A stretch of 64,000 nucleotides of DNA from Halarcobacter sp. (GCA_963676565.1 OY781089.1:2368001-2432000); one strand, 5' to 3'; positions 9,404 to 18,657 are shown, counted from the stretch's first letter. The notes: generated by a model from the sequence alone, not told the origin. Translations and numbers: made by a program.

Positions 9404-9498
9404 GTTTTTATAAATTAATATCATTTTTTTACACTCACATATCATAGGTATAGAAAAGCAAGAATAGTCTTGCTTTGTCAAAACACAAAGGAATGCCT

Positions 9499-9666
9499 AT
9501 GAAAAAATCTGTTTTAAGTATTTCAAAAAAAGATTTAGCCTATGAGCGATGGCTAAGAAAGTTTATTAAAGCTCCATCTTCAAAAGAGCTTGATGATATG
9601 GAAAAAGAAGCTTTAAAACTCAAACCTCAAAATAACCCTTACTATCAACCACTACAAGGAGCTTAA
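9499..9666 (+). CDS. Small hypothetical protein (55 aa from ATG 9499)
   Basis: AAAGGA 6 nt upstream of ATG 9499; first gene of the + strand module. Confidence 0.65.
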   Translation: MKKSVLSISKKDLAYERWLRKFIKAPSSKELDDMEKEALKLKPQNNPYYQPLQGA

Positions 9667-9667
9667 G

Positions 9668-9754
9668 ATGAATATACCTCCTACTGTAGTAGTAGCCATT
9701 ATTATCGCTTCTGCAACGATTGTAAAAGAGTATCTTGAATCAAAAGAAAACTAG
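9668..9754 (+). CDS. 28-aa hydrophobic peptide MNIPPTVVVAIIIASATIVKEYLESKEN
   Basis: Translated by hand; AAGGAG upstream; starts 1 nt after the previous stop. Confidence 0.55.
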   Translation: MNIPPTVVVAIIIASATIVKEYLESKEN

Positions 9755-9809
9755 TTTTAGTCAAAGACTATTAATTCAATTAAACAATAAAAATAAACAA
9801 GGAAAAATC

Positions 9810-10628
9810 ATGTCAGTAAATCCATTAACAAACGAGCAACTAAAAAAGTTAGCTCCTTCAATCTTCAGTGAAACACCAATAGAAGGAGTTTCGGAGCAAT
9901 ACACTTTTGTACCAACACATTCAGTATTAGATACATTTAGAGAAGCTGGCTATTATCCAATTATGGCTAGTGAGAGTAAAGTAAGAAACTCTGAAAATCA
10001 AGGCTATCAAAAACATATAATTCAGTTTAGAAGTGTAGATAATATTCTAAGACCAAAAGCTAATGAAGAGTATGCAGATATTGTATTAACTAACTCACAC
10101 AATCGTACATCATCATTCATTGTAGATTTAGCTTTCTTTAGAATCGTATGTTCTAATATGCTTGTAGTACCAAGCCAGAGCTTTATTCACCACTCTATTA
10201 TGCATAAAGGCTTTAACTTTTTAAAAGTAGATAATGCAATAAATGAAGTAGTTTCATATATGCCAAAAATGAAAGAACAAATTGAAAGCTTTAAATGTAT
10301 TCCTTTATCTAAAATAGAGCAACACTCTCTTGCTAGTGCTGCTATTGATATTAGATTTGATAGAAAACTACATGAAGTATCTTCAAATGAACTTCTAGCA
10401 GTTAATAGAGAAGAAGATGAAGATAATTCATTATGGAATGTATTTAATCGTATTCAAGAAGCAATCATAAGAGGTGGAATAAAAGGAAAAAATAAACATA
10501 CAGGTAAAAGTTTTACTTCTAAAGCTATTACAGCAATTGATGCCAATTTAAAATTAAATAAAGAGCTATTTACTACTGTTCAGAATATGGCAATGCTAAA
10601 GTCTCAAGACTATGCAATGGCTGCATAA
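9810..10628 (+). CDS. DUF932/DUF945 family protein
   Basis: LAPSIF, SEQYTFVPT, KHIIQFR, IVLTNSHN, FRIVCSN and LWNVFNRIQE motifs; ATG 9810 after AAGGA. Confidence 0.88.
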   Translation: MSVNPLTNEQLKKLAPSIFSETPIEGVSEQYTFVPTHSVLDTFREAGYYPIMASESKVRNSENQGYQKHIIQFRSVDNILRPKANEEYADIVLTNSHNRTSSFIVDLAFFRIVCSNMLVVPSQSFIHHSIMHKGFNFLKVDNAINEVVSYMPKMKEQIESFKCIPLSKIEQHSLASAAIDIRFDRKLHEVSSNELLAVNREEDEDNSLWNVFNRIQEAIIRGGIKGKNKHTGKSFTSKAITAIDANLKLNKELFTTVQNMAMLKSQDYAMAA

Positions 10629-10638
10629 GGAGTATGTT

Positions 10639-11205
10639 ATGAAAATCAAAAAGTATAGACTTCAAACAGAGATGGAAAATCTAAAAGTAGGAAGTGAAAA
10701 ATGGTTTAAAGACTATCTAAAAGAGTTGTTAGAATCAGACAAACCATACTATGAAAAAGCAGACTATATTGCTTACTGTGTTAATCAACTACAGGCAAAG
10801 ATTGATTATGTCTCTTCTGAAATTAGACATCTTCAACAAGTTAAAAAGTCTTTATCTTCTTCAAAAGAGTTAGCTATGGAACTTACTGCATCTGTTTTAG
10901 CCGAATATGGAATTGATAAAATTGAAGGAGTAAATATCTCTTCAATCACAGTAACTGCTTCAACTACAAAAAGTAAAGATGTAATTAACTTTAAAGATGA
11001 AAATAAAATTATGGGACTAGGATATGTAAAATTCTTAGTTGATGAAGAAGCTGTAGAGAAAGCTTTAAAAAGTAATGAATCACAAGAACTAAAAGATCTT
11101 GTAGATATTATAACTATCAAAGAAACAAGTCCTTCTAAGATTAAAATCAATAATAAAAGAAACCAATCAAACAATGAAGTGAAAATAGAAAAACAAGTAG
11201 CATAA
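10639..11205 (+). CDS. Siphovirus Gp157-like coiled-coil protein
   Basis: KADYIA...LQAKIDYVSSEIRHLQQVKK...YGIDKIEG pattern; directly upstream of a Rad52-family gene; TAAGGAG RBS. Confidence 0.6.
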   Translation: MKIKKYRLQTEMENLKVGSEKWFKDYLKELLESDKPYYEKADYIAYCVNQLQAKIDYVSSEIRHLQQVKKSLSSSKELAMELTASVLAEYGIDKIEGVNISSITVTASTTKSKDVINFKDENKIMGLGYVKFLVDEEAVEKALKSNESQELKDLVDIITIKETSPSKIKINNKRNQSNNEVKIEKQVA

Positions 11206-11215
11206 GGAGAAAGCT

Positions 11216-11893
11216 ATGTTTAATGATAAACAAATAAAGACATTAGAAGATGAGTTAGACTCTTCAAGAATTAAAACACGAGACAAAGGAAACATCAACC
11301 TCTCATATTTAGAGGGGTTTGATGTAATTGAAACAGCTAATAATGTGTTTGGTTTTGGGAATTGGTCATATACTGTATCAAAACTAGAACAAGTATCTCA
11401 AGAAACAAATGTCAATCAAAACTATGTAGTTTGTTATAAAGCAGTTCTTAGAGTAATAGTTTATAATAATACGCATACTATCAATGTAGATAGAGAAGAT
11501 GTAGGATTTGGAACTGGAATTGCTAAAACTTTAGCTGATGCCCATGAAAATGGAGCAAAAGAAGCTATTACAGATGGATTAAAAAGAGCACTTAGGTCTT
11601 TTGGAAACCAGTTTGGTAACTCACTATATGATAAGAGTAGAAATCATAATAAGCAAAATCAAAGAAACCAACAAAACAAACAAGTAACCCATAATCAACA
11701 AACTCCACTTTCAAACAATCAAAATCAAAGAAATACTAATCAAGGATTGAATCAATATGAGTATCAATCCCTTTACAATCTAGGATTAAATATCCTTGAA
11801 CAAAATGGCTTCTTAATAGTTGTAGGTGATGATATTTTTGCTAAGAAAGATTCTATTAAAGCTTGTGGCTTTAGATGGGGATGGAAACTCTAA
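11216..11893 (+). CDS. Rad52/Rad22 (Sak-like) single-strand annealing protein, frameshifted near the C-terminus
   Basis: LSYLEGFDVIETANNVFGFGNWS, REDVGFG, AKEAITDGLKRALRSFGNQFGNSLYDK. Confidence 0.92.
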   Translation: MFNDKQIKTLEDELDSSRIKTRDKGNINLSYLEGFDVIETANNVFGFGNWSYTVSKLEQVSQETNVNQNYVVCYKAVLRVIVYNNTHTINVDREDVGFGTGIAKTLADAHENGAKEAITDGLKRALRSFGNQFGNSLYDKSRNHNKQNQRNQQNKQVTHNQQTPLSNNQNQRNTNQGLNQYEYQSLYNLGLNILEQNGFLIVVGDDIFAKKDSIKACGFRWGWKL

Positions 11894-11929
11894 GCAATGG
11901 TATAAATCACTAGAACAAGGGGCTGCTTA

Positions 11930-12229
11930 ATGGAATTAATACCAAATGAAATAAAAGATAAAATTCCTAAGCTATATGATACAGAAGATATTTCAGACCC
12001 TATTGTTCATATAAAATTATTCTTAGATGGATGGACTTGGTACATAACCGAACTTTCAATAAATGATGATATATGCTTTGGATATGTTGTTTCTCCATAT
12101 GAAAGTGAACTTGGATACTTTTCATTAGAGGAGTTAAAGTCATTAAGAGGAAGATTAGGAACTTGGGTTGAAAGGGATTTGTTCTTTAAGCCAACACCAT
12201 TATCAAAAATAAAAAAGGGAAGAAGATGA
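11930..12229 (+). CDS. DUF2958 family protein
   Basis: IPKLYDTE..PIVHIKLF..WTWYITE..FGYV..ELGYFSLEEL..ERDLFF. Confidence 0.88.
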   Translation: MELIPNEIKDKIPKLYDTEDISDPIVHIKLFLDGWTWYITELSINDDICFGYVVSPYESELGYFSLEELKSLRGRLGTWVERDLFFKPTPLSKIKKGRR

Positions 12230-12462
12230 ATACTGATTATGAAATGTTAATACCTAAAGAAAAATTTCTATTGTCTATTAAAGATATTGATAATCTAGGT
12301 ATTATTAAGAGTGCTATGTGCAAAAAACTAATCTATAAAAGAGAAATAGAAGTAGTTAAAATTGGAACTAAAAACTTCATTTCTCATTATGAATTAATTA
12401 GATACCTTAAAGAGAGAACTATCCCAACAGAAAACTATAATCATAATAGATCATCTGCTTAA
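12226..12462 (+). CDS. Small excisionase-like (HTH_17/MerR-type) DNA-binding protein
   Basis: 78 aa; KKLIYKREIEVVKIGTKNFISHYELIRYL wing motif. Confidence 0.65.
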   Translation: MNTDYEMLIPKEKFLLSIKDIDNLGIIKSAMCKKLIYKREIEVVKIGTKNFISHYELIRYLKERTIPTENYNHNRSSA

Positions 12463-12523
12463 ACTAAATAGTCTTAGTAGATTAAATGATTTTTTATACT
12501 TTTGAGACGGTTTAAAATCACTC

Positions 12524-12558
12524 TTTTACAAGCATAGTATTTCACTATGCTTGTAAAA
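12524..12558. terminator. 15-bp perfect stem-loop between convergent genes, probably a bidirectional terminator
   Basis: ttttacaagcatagt-atttc-actatgcttgtaaaa followed by a T tract. Confidence 0.8.
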
Positions 12559-12647
12559 TATTTTTTTGTTTGATTTGAAGTTTACTATTAAGTTAGAGTG
12601 ATTTTAGTAGATTTAGTATTTAAAAAATTTGATTTAAACTGTAATAT

Positions 12648-12854
12648 TTATTCTACAGGAAAAGTTTGCGACTCCAAATATGAAATCAAAGCAGTTCTAG
12701 ATATGAAGTTTTTTGAATTCAACTTCACAACCTCAATTTTATGGGCATATATGAGCTTCTTTAAAAGATCACTTTTTATAAGTTTCATTTCATCAATTTG
12801 TCTTATGCTAAAAAGAATTCCCTCTGGAATTAATTTATCAAAATCTGTAATCAT
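12648..12854 (-). CDS. Small excisionase-like DNA-binding protein, paralog of 12226-12462
   Basis: 68 aa; KKLIYAHKIEVVKLNSKNFISRTALISYL. Confidence 0.7.
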   Translation of the reverse strand: MITDFDKLIPEGILFSIRQIDEMKLIKSDLLKKLIYAHKIEVVKLNSKNFISRTALISYLESQTFPVE

Positions 12855-12919
12855 TATAAAAATCCTTAAATTTTAGTCTTTTGATATTTCTATCACATAT
12901 GTAGGTTTGCTATAATTTT

Positions 12920-13960
12920 TTATTTTCTATTAAACCTTGAGGTGCCGTATATGTAGTTTTCTTTTTTACAAATTTTAAACTTACCATTTGCACTAAAAGT
13001 AATAGTATCTATCATTCTAATAAATTTATCAATATTAGATAAGTTAGTTTTTATTGTAATTGCAAATAATGAAGCTTTTTCAATAAGTTCTGTTCTCTCT
13101 TTATTTGAGTTAGCCTTATTATACTTTTTAGTAAAATTGTCCTTTTCCTTTAAATCTTCAAAGTAGAGAACTTTGTAATCTTTTAACTCTCTAAGAAAAG
13201 CTTCAATTGAAACTTTATTATTTAAGAAGTATCGATTTTGTAACTTCATCTCAAAGCGTGTCAAAGAATAGCCTAAATTATAATTACTTTTATCAATAAG
13301 CTGTTTTCTTTTATCATACAAATAAGCTCTCTTTTGAACATTGTTTCTTCTTTTCCTTATTTCTGCCAATAGTTTCTCTTTTTCAGTGAACCATTTTTTA
13401 TCATCATGTCGCGTAAACTTCTCTACATAAAATGTACCGTTATACATCTGGATTCTATTGCCACTATTATCGCACTCACCTAAATCATGGTACTTTTTCC
13501 TACTTTTTCTATTTATGGGGACAATTACTGTATTATTTATTTTATAAGGCATATCCATACATATATCAAGTTGAGAGATCATAGGAACTAGGCTTTTATC
13601 TTTATTTATAAAAGCCATTACATTTTTAAGTAATAATTCACTTTTTTCATCTAAGTCTTTTATGTGTCTCTTTAGACCATAAAAATTTATACTTACATAA
13701 TAGTTTGTAATTTTAGAGTATGGGTTTGGATAGCCACTTTTAGAAATATCACCAATAGTGGTATTAGAGTTTATTAACTTAGTACATTTAAAAAACTGAG
13801 TACTTTTCCTTTTATCATAACATAAACCAACTAACTTAGTTGTTTTTATAAAATTCAATAATTCACTGTAGATAAGATCTCTTTTATTCTTATCTACAAA
13901 ATCTATTCTTAAAGATAGACTATCAATATAGCCATCAAAAAACTCTTCTTTATTCTTCAT
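12920..13960 (-). CDS. Replication initiator/relaxase-like protein (Rep_trans-like)
   Basis: IDSLSL, ISQLDICMD, AYLYDKRKQ and LTRFEMKL in the order expected for Rep_trans/phage CRI initiators. Confidence 0.6.
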   Translation of the reverse strand: MKNKEEFFDGYIDSLSLRIDFVDKNKRDLIYSELLNFIKTTKLVGLCYDKRKSTQFFKCTKLINSNTTIGDISKSGYPNPYSKITNYYVSINFYGLKRHIKDLDEKSELLLKNVMAFINKDKSLVPMISQLDICMDMPYKINNTVIVPINRKSRKKYHDLGECDNSGNRIQMYNGTFYVEKFTRHDDKKWFTEKEKLLAEIRKRRNNVQKRAYLYDKRKQLIDKSNYNLGYSLTRFEMKLQNRYFLNNKVSIEAFLRELKDYKVLYFEDLKEKDNFTKKYNKANSNKERTELIEKASLFAITIKTNLSNIDKFIRMIDTITFSANGKFKICKKENYIYGTSRFNRK

Positions 13961-14244
13961 TTCTATTCCTTTTACTTTTTGTCAAGAAATAGAACAATAT
14001 TAAAATAAATAATATTTATAAGCTTAATATTTTGATTATTAACTACTGTAATATACACCTATTATATGTTTAGGTAAAAAGCTAAGGGTTATAGAATTAG
14101 TTTACTTTTTTACAAAATCTTTTAATTGTTAAGTTCAAAGTAAAAGTGTAATGCATAAATAAAACAAAACTATAGTAAAAATCTATACAACTTTATACCA
14201 GGTTACAGCCTAATGATTTTACTAAAACACTAAACTGTTTTGTC

Positions 14245-14325
14245 TGAGAATAGTACTGAGAATCTTTTGAGAAGGGGCTTGAGAAATATTGAGAATTTAC
14301 TGAGAGTACTCTGAAAGTTACTCAG
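14245..14325 (+). repeat. Helically phased TGAGAA direct repeats (iteron-like)
   Basis: TGAGAA at 14245, 14257, 14268, 14280, 14290; TGAGAG at 14301; TGAAAG at 14312; inverted CTCAG at 14321. Confidence 0.75.
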
Positions 14326-14371
14326 AGCACATTGATTTTGATTAAATTTGATTTAATTTTTACAGATAGTT

Positions 14372-17300
14372 TTATTTAGTTTCTTGCTTTTTTTGTAGTT
14401 GTTTTCTATCATATTTATCATACATCTTTTTAGCGGTTTCAATATCTTCATACTCATATTTAAATCTCGCTTTTCCTTCTCTATTTGTAATTATAAATCC
14501 CTTTGGAACTAAAATGTCTTTTGCTAATTTATAATTTTTTATTCTTGAAAGTTTTTTATAGTTAACTTCTTTAAATGAAGAAACTCCTTCAAGTAAAACT
14601 TTTTCTTCACCTTCTTCATTTATTGCTTTTATAACATCTGATTCTTGTTTAAACATTTCATCTTTTTCTTTTAATTCATTAATAAATAAAGTCTTATTTT
14701 CAAAATTATGATTATTATAGATTTTACAAAAATAATCAAAAAGATACTGATTAATAAAATAGCCTTTTTCTAAAGCAGCTTTTAGAGGTTTATATAATTC
14801 TTCGTCATCTTTTAAAGTATCAAAATACTTTAAATCATAATTTTTAAAAGCTAATATAAAATCATCCACTTGAGAAGCAGAAATTTTTTCATTTGTTTTT
14901 TTATCTTTCACACTATTATCTATATCTCTGTCTTCTGTATTTAATGCATATCTTGCAAAATGTCTATCTATTGGATAAGTTGATAAAATAGATGAAAATA
15001 GATCTATATCTTCTAGAATTTTTGTTTCTAGTGTACTTTCATCAGGTACTTCTAATTTTTCAAGAATAGTTTGTAAATCATTGACTTTTAAAACTGTACA
15101 TTTTGAATAACAAGATTTAGCAATTTCATATACTTCATCAGATGTAATTATTGTCTGCCCATATATTGGTACTATTTCAAACTTATTATCTTTATTCTTT
15201 GTTTTTACTGATTCTTTTACTAATAATTCTTTTAATATTTTAGATAAGGTTTCATTATTAAATTTTGACTTTTTATTATCTATAGTACCTATATGAAAAA
15301 ATATCTTATTTTTTATTATATTTGATATCTCAACTTTACTATATTCTTCATCACTTATAGTTGTACAATATTCAAAACCAAATATTTGCTTAATAATAAG
15401 CTCTAAAAATAGTTCTTCTTTTACAGTTCTATCTCCTACCAAGGCTATTGCTACATTTGTTTTTTCTAATCTCTTAAAAAAGGAAGCTAACCAATTCATT
15501 ACATATGTATAATTAATAATATCTTCTTTCACCATATAATAAATAAACTCCTCAATAAAAGATTTTTTGCCATTATCCTTAAAACTATAGTTTTCTAAAA
15601 TTGAAGTATTAGATTCAAGATAAAAATTGCTTTCATTTTTATAAAAAATTTTTTTCTTCTTATCTAGTGTTAATTCGAAAGATGATTCTTTTTTAACATC
15701 AATATATCTGCACTCTTGATGTCTTTTTAGTAAATTTTTATTATGGACAAATAGATTTCTAGTCAAATTAAGACTATAATAACATTTAAAAAACTCCTCA
15801 GAAACTGTAATATCAAAAACTTCATCCTCTACTATAGGTATTTTATTAGAAAAAATACATATTACAAACATATTATTCAAATTCAATTTTTCAGTAATTT
15901 TAGTTGCTTCTTCAATATTATCTACAATTCTAACTTCTACTGAAAAAAGCTTATTCCTATTATAATTTTTTCTAATTATGAAATCATTTATTTTTTGATT
16001 AACTGAACTATTTATTTTTTTACTTATTTTTTTCTTGTCACCAGACTTTACTTTACTACTAATTCCTGCTCTAAAGTAATATTTGTCATCTTCATTATTT
16101 AACCACAAACATAAATCATCTCTATTTATAATATTTAATACAATATCTTGCCAAAAATAAATATCATCTAGTTTATATTCTCTATCTCTTTGTTTTTGAT
16201 AATCACTTTTTAAATTTGCAATATTTATATTATGGATTTTCTTTTCTAGAGATATAATTTCATTTAATGAGTTCTTATATCTTTTTATTGCTTTTTCATC
16301 AGATAAGTATTCAAATAATTTGTTTAAACTATCTACACTTTCTTTATTGAAATTATTTTCATAAGGTATTATTTCTTTATGATCTTGTACTACTGGTGAT
16401 TTTTCTTCCACAATATTATCCTTTAATAAAAGCCAATTAGGATTAGACTTTTTTCTTATTTCTATTTCATTACTATATGCTTCGTTATCAGCTTTTTTTA
16501 TTTCTTGAAAGTTTTTTATCTCTTCTTCATCACATTCACTATAAATATATTTATTTAATTCATTTATTTCATTTTTGATAAATGATAAATCCCGTCTTAA
16601 AAATTCTAATCTATACTCATTGGATAGTAATTCTTTTATATTTAAAAACAATTTTATTAGAATATAAAAAACTGGACACTTATTACTATCTTGTGGAATA
16701 TTAATATCATTATTTAATAGGTCCTCAAATATATTTATAATAAAACTTTTGTAAATATTCTTAAAGAATTTAACTTCAGAATCTTCTAGAGTAATCGAAA
16801 AAAATTTATTATTTTTTATCTCCTCTAAATATCTATATAAAGGATAGTCAATCTCAATTTTAAAAGACTGTGTATCACTATTATAAGTAAAAGAAAATAA
16901 AATAAGATTTCTAGAAAAAGAAGTTGCCGTGATTATATTATAGATATTTTTCCACTTATGAAGAGTATAAATGTCTATTCTTGGTAGTTCATTTATATCT
17001 TTAGTATCAAAAGTATAATAATTATTTTCTTCAATATTAATTTTAAGCTTTTTTTCAATAACAATATTAAATATTTTGTAAATATAATTACTTAAAGTAC
17101 TGTGAATAGCATCTTTTAAAGCCAAGTTACTACAACGTGAACAAGATTCATCAAGAGGATTAAAAATCAATTTAGTTTTAATTATCTTTTCAGGGATTAA
17201 AGTCCAATCATCATTAGCTAAAATCATTTGTTTATTATCAAATATCAATCTGTAAGAGTTCTTAAGATTTTTAGAGTACAAGTATTCTAACTTATTTACT

Positions 17301-17383
17301 TTATGAAATTCTATATTTAAATTTTTTAAAACATTTATATATAACTCAATCAATTGAGGATGATAAAACTGACTTATATTCAA
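14372..17383 (-). CDS. Large multidomain protein with a degenerate DUF5906/D5-like primase-helicase region
   Basis: YVMNWLASFF..EKTNVAIALVG..LFLELIIKQIFG matches the family, but the P-loop reads GDRTVKEE; TTG start 13 nt after the AbiEii stop. Confidence 0.6.
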   Translation of the reverse strand: MNISQFYHPQLIELYINVLKNLNIEFHKVNKLEYLYSKNLKNSYRLIFDNKQMILANDDWTLIPEKIIKTKLIFNPLDESCSRCSNLALKDAIHSTLSNYIYKIFNIVIEKKLKINIEENNYYTFDTKDINELPRIDIYTLHKWKNIYNIITATSFSRNLILFSFTYNSDTQSFKIEIDYPLYRYLEEIKNNKFFSITLEDSEVKFFKNIYKSFIINIFEDLLNNDINIPQDSNKCPVFYILIKLFLNIKELLSNEYRLEFLRRDLSFIKNEINELNKYIYSECDEEEIKNFQEIKKADNEAYSNEIEIRKKSNPNWLLLKDNIVEEKSPVVQDHKEIIPYENNFNKESVDSLNKLFEYLSDEKAIKRYKNSLNEIISLEKKIHNINIANLKSDYQKQRDREYKLDDIYFWQDIVLNIINRDDLCLWLNNEDDKYYFRAGISSKVKSGDKKKISKKINSSVNQKINDFIIRKNYNRNKLFSVEVRIVDNIEEATKITEKLNLNNMFVICIFSNKIPIVEDEVFDITVSEEFFKCYYSLNLTRNLFVHNKNLLKRHQECRYIDVKKESSFELTLDKKKKIFYKNESNFYLESNTSILENYSFKDNGKKSFIEEFIYYMVKEDIINYTYVMNWLASFFKRLEKTNVAIALVGDRTVKEELFLELIIKQIFGFEYCTTISDEEYSKVEISNIIKNKIFFHIGTIDNKKSKFNNETLSKILKELLVKESVKTKNKDNKFEIVPIYGQTIITSDEVYEIAKSCYSKCTVLKVNDLQTILEKLEVPDESTLETKILEDIDLFSSILSTYPIDRHFARYALNTEDRDIDNSVKDKKTNEKISASQVDDFILAFKNYDLKYFDTLKDDEELYKPLKAALEKGYFINQYLFDYFCKIYNNHNFENKTLFINELKEKDEMFKQESDVIKAINEEGEEKVLLEGVSSFKEVNYKKLSRIKNYKLAKDILVPKGFIITNREGKARFKYEYEDIETAKKMYDKYDRKQLQKKQETK

Positions 17384-17396
17384 AGATAGTTCCTAA

Positions 17397-18251
17397 TTAT
17401 TTAATTTTATTATAATGATTATTCCACTCATCTACAATAAATTTGTTATCTTCAACAATATTAATGTAGTCATTTGCATCTAATCCAAACTCTTGTGCTT
17501 TTTTTTTAATCATAGTTTTATATGAGAAGTCAAGAATAGTATCATTTTCAAAAGCTTTTTTTAACTCTTCTTGAAAAGATTCTATTTCAAGTTTTAGCCC
17601 ATGTAAATGTTTTATATGTTCGCCAATCTCAATATCCCACTCTAATCTATGATTTAAAGCACTTACAATATTTTCTTTTGAATATTCTATACCAATTGCA
17701 TCTTTAAATTTTTTATTTATATCTTCAATAAGAGAAGATATATTAACTTCTTTTAAATCTCTTAAAATAAAATATAAATCAAATAGATCTTTGATTGTAT
17801 CAGGACGATCACATAAAGCTTTTAGTTTATACAATAAAAGATTATATAAATTTTCTGTTCTAAATATATCTTTATTTACAAATGTAAAATCTTTTAATCT
17901 TGTACAAGTAAAATTTAGGATTTCAATTTTTACTGTTTCATCATTATCTTCAAAATCATAAAACATTCTCCAAGACAGTTCATCTTTTATCCATTTTGAA
18001 TTTACAAGTTTAGCTTCTGGAAGTTTTGATAATAAACTTAATATTTCATCTTTAATTTCATCTAGTTCTGTTTTATCACATAATTTTTCTAAAAAAAAGT
18101 CTAAATCTTCTGAATTACGATAGGCAGTTGGTAGTACAAATCTTTGAAGACCTGTACCACCAGCAAGAAACATTTTATTATTTAAAGGTTTTAATTGTTC
18201 AAGTATTTTATCTTGATTTTTAAATACGCTATCCCAATCATCTCTATGCAT
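17397..18251 (-). CDS. AbiEii-family nucleotidyltransferase (type IV TA toxin)
   Basis: FLAGGTGL..YRNSEDLDFF, YKLKALCDR..KDLFDLYFI. Confidence 0.9.
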   Translation of the reverse strand: MHRDDWDSVFKNQDKILEQLKPLNNKMFLAGGTGLQRFVLPTAYRNSEDLDFFLEKLCDKTELDEIKDEILSLLSKLPEAKLVNSKWIKDELSWRMFYDFEDNDETVKIEILNFTCTRLKDFTFVNKDIFRTENLYNLLLYKLKALCDRPDTIKDLFDLYFILRDLKEVNISSLIEDINKKFKDAIGIEYSKENIVSALNHRLEWDIEIGEHIKHLHGLKLEIESFQEELKKAFENDTILDFSYKTMIKKKAQEFGLDANDYINIVEDNKFIVDEWNNHYNKIK

Positions 18252-18657
18252 TAGCTAATTTACCTATTATTTGTCTTTGTATATTAAAAGGAAGATTTTC
18301 TTCTATTCTTTTTATCATTTTTTGATTTTTCCCTTTTATTCCATCAACAATATCATTAATCGTATAATTAGTACCCCAAAATACTGACTTTAATCTTTTC
18401 TCTTCATTTTTTGTTAAAGAGTAATTAGTTTCTGAACTAATTGTATTATTCTTCCTTAAATCATTAGCAGCATCTAAATCAAGTTTTTTTCGATAATTCA
18501 TATCTTTTAATATAACCATAGCATATGGTGGTACATGATTTCTCTTCTTCCACCCAGCTACTGTATCATAAGGAATTTTAGAATATTCAGAAAATTCTTT
18601 TTTTGATATATTATTATTAATTAACATTTTTTCAAATATTATGTTTGTAATTTCCAT
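18244..18657 (-). CDS. HTH protein, putative cognate antitoxin
   Basis: XRE-like HTH (ISKKEFSEYSKIPYDTVAGW); overlaps the AbiEii start by 8 nt. Confidence 0.7.
   Translation of the reverse strand: MEITNIIFEKMLINNNISKKEFSEYSKIPYDTVAGWKKRNHVPPYAMVILKDMNYRKKLDLDAANDLRKNNTISSETNYSLTKNEEKRLKSVFWGTNYTINDIVDGIKGKNQKMIKRIEENLPFNIQRQIIGKLANA

Noticed and set aside
307..9418. Short + strand ORFs (307, 327, 1839, 4398, 5055, 5952, 6589, 9089)
   Set aside because: Ser/Leu/Phe-rich antisense shadows of well-supported minus-strand genes.
12598..12876. 92-aa ORF on the + strand
   Set aside because: Antisense shadow of the 68-aa gene, which has an RBS and a clear paralog.
9810..13960. Intact prophage
   Set aside because: No terminase, capsid, tail or lysis genes are visible; cannot be excluded for the unseen left part.
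14245..14325. CRISPR array
   Set aside because: Repeats are 6 bp with 4-6 bp gaps, and no cas genes are seen. No CRISPR array was found elsewhere by eye.
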